From: Candidatus Paceibacter sp.
GTDB taxonomy: Bacteria; Patescibacteriota; Patescibacteriia; S139-126
NCBI GenBank assembly: GCA_020724865.1
Contig: DYGA01000003.1
Coordinates: forward strand, 1 to 61,900
Direction of reading: 5' to 3'
Length of the DNA stretch: 61,900 nt
Shown here: positions 61,150 to 61,900 of the stretch, in pieces
How positions within the stretch are numbered: position 1 is the stretch's first letter
How the letters are laid out: each line of letters opens with the position of its first letter
Made by a program: the position numbers and the translations under genes
Notes under the pieces: model-generated
Databases searched by the model: none
What the model saw: only the letters and a program-made list of their open reading frames with translations
Told to the model about the DNA's origin: nothing

Positions 61150-61900
61150 ATGGACAGTAAACATATACGTAATTTTTGTATTATAGCTCATATAGACCAT
61201 GGTAAATCAACTTTGGCTGATCGACTGTTGGAATTTACCAACACCGTAGATAAAAGAAAAATGAAAGACCAAATTCTGGATCAAATGGATTTAGAACGTG
61301 AACGAGGTATAACCATCAAACTTACGCCAGTCAGAATGCACTGGCAAGGCCATGAACTAAATTTAATAGATACTCCTGGTCATGTTGATTTTGCTTATGA
61401 AGTGTCTCGTAGTTTAGCAGCAGTTGAAGGGGCTTTATTGTTGGTTGATGCCACCCAAGGCATAGAAGCACAAACTTTGGCCAATTTATATTTAGCGCAA
61501 AAACAAAAATTAGTTATTATTCCAGTAATAAATAAGATAGATTTACCAGCTGCGGATGTAGGGACGGTACGGTCTGATATTGTAAATTTATTGAATTGTC
61601 GACCAGAGGATATTCTTTTAGCATCAGGAAAAACTGGGCAGGGCGTAGAAGAAATATTAAATGCATTAATTGCCAGAATTCCACCGCCCAGTGGAGATAT
61701 AAATTCACCTACCCAAGCTTTAGTTTTTGATTCTTTTTATGACGAATATCGCGGGGTTGTTTCTTATGTTCGTTTACAAAATGGAGAAATAAAAAATAAT
61801 GATAAAATTAAATTTATTGCTACCGGGGTGATAACTGAAGCATTGGAAGTTGGTTGTTTATCACCAAATATGAATAAACAAAATAAAATTTCTGCGGGCG
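61150..61900 (+). CDS. lepA: Elongation factor 4, truncated by the window end
   Basis: [59 protein letters not shown]. Confidence 0.97.
   Translation, partial: MDSKHIRNFCIIAHIDHGKSTLADRLLEFTNTVDKRKMKDQILDQMDLERERGITIKLTPVRMHWQGHELNLIDTPGHVDFAYEVSRSLAAVEGALLLVDATQGIEAQTLANLYLAQKQKLVIIPVINKIDLPAADVGTVRSDIVNLLNCRPEDILLASGKTGQGVEEILNALIARIPPPSGDINSPTQALVFDSFYDEYRGVVSYVRLQNGEIKNNDKIKFIATGVITEALEVGCLSPNMNKQNKISAG

Overview
AT-rich bacterial chromosome segment using the standard code (TGA is a stop). Gene content and style suggest Patescibacteria/CPR (Parcubacteria/ABY1-like); that assignment is an inference. Positions 1-28.5 kb are a surface-glycan region: O-antigen-ligase/TPR protein, many glycosyl- and methyltransferases, a GDP-heptose pathway with a decayed gmhB, Wzx, a sugar transferase, an S8 protease with FG-GAP repeats, and GtrA. 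It is followed by a MacAB-like exporter, a CIRCE-controlled hrcA-grpE-hsp20-dnaK-dnaJ operon, dus, sua5, pfkB-pduL-ackA, recJ, rnhA, RNase P RNA, a second glycan cluster, a DUF4012-like protein, murJ and the start of lepA. Two observations stand out. (1) A roughly 690-nt, densely base-paired transcription unit at about 58730-59425 has a consensus promoter, a terminator, G-U-compatible helices and a long-range pseudoknot candidate; it is a candidate large ncRNA that I do not recognise. (2) About 15 intergenic 7-bp-periodic arrays, mostly inverted pairs, either flank four-helix-bundle genes or occur as 'empty' copies of the same sequence families.
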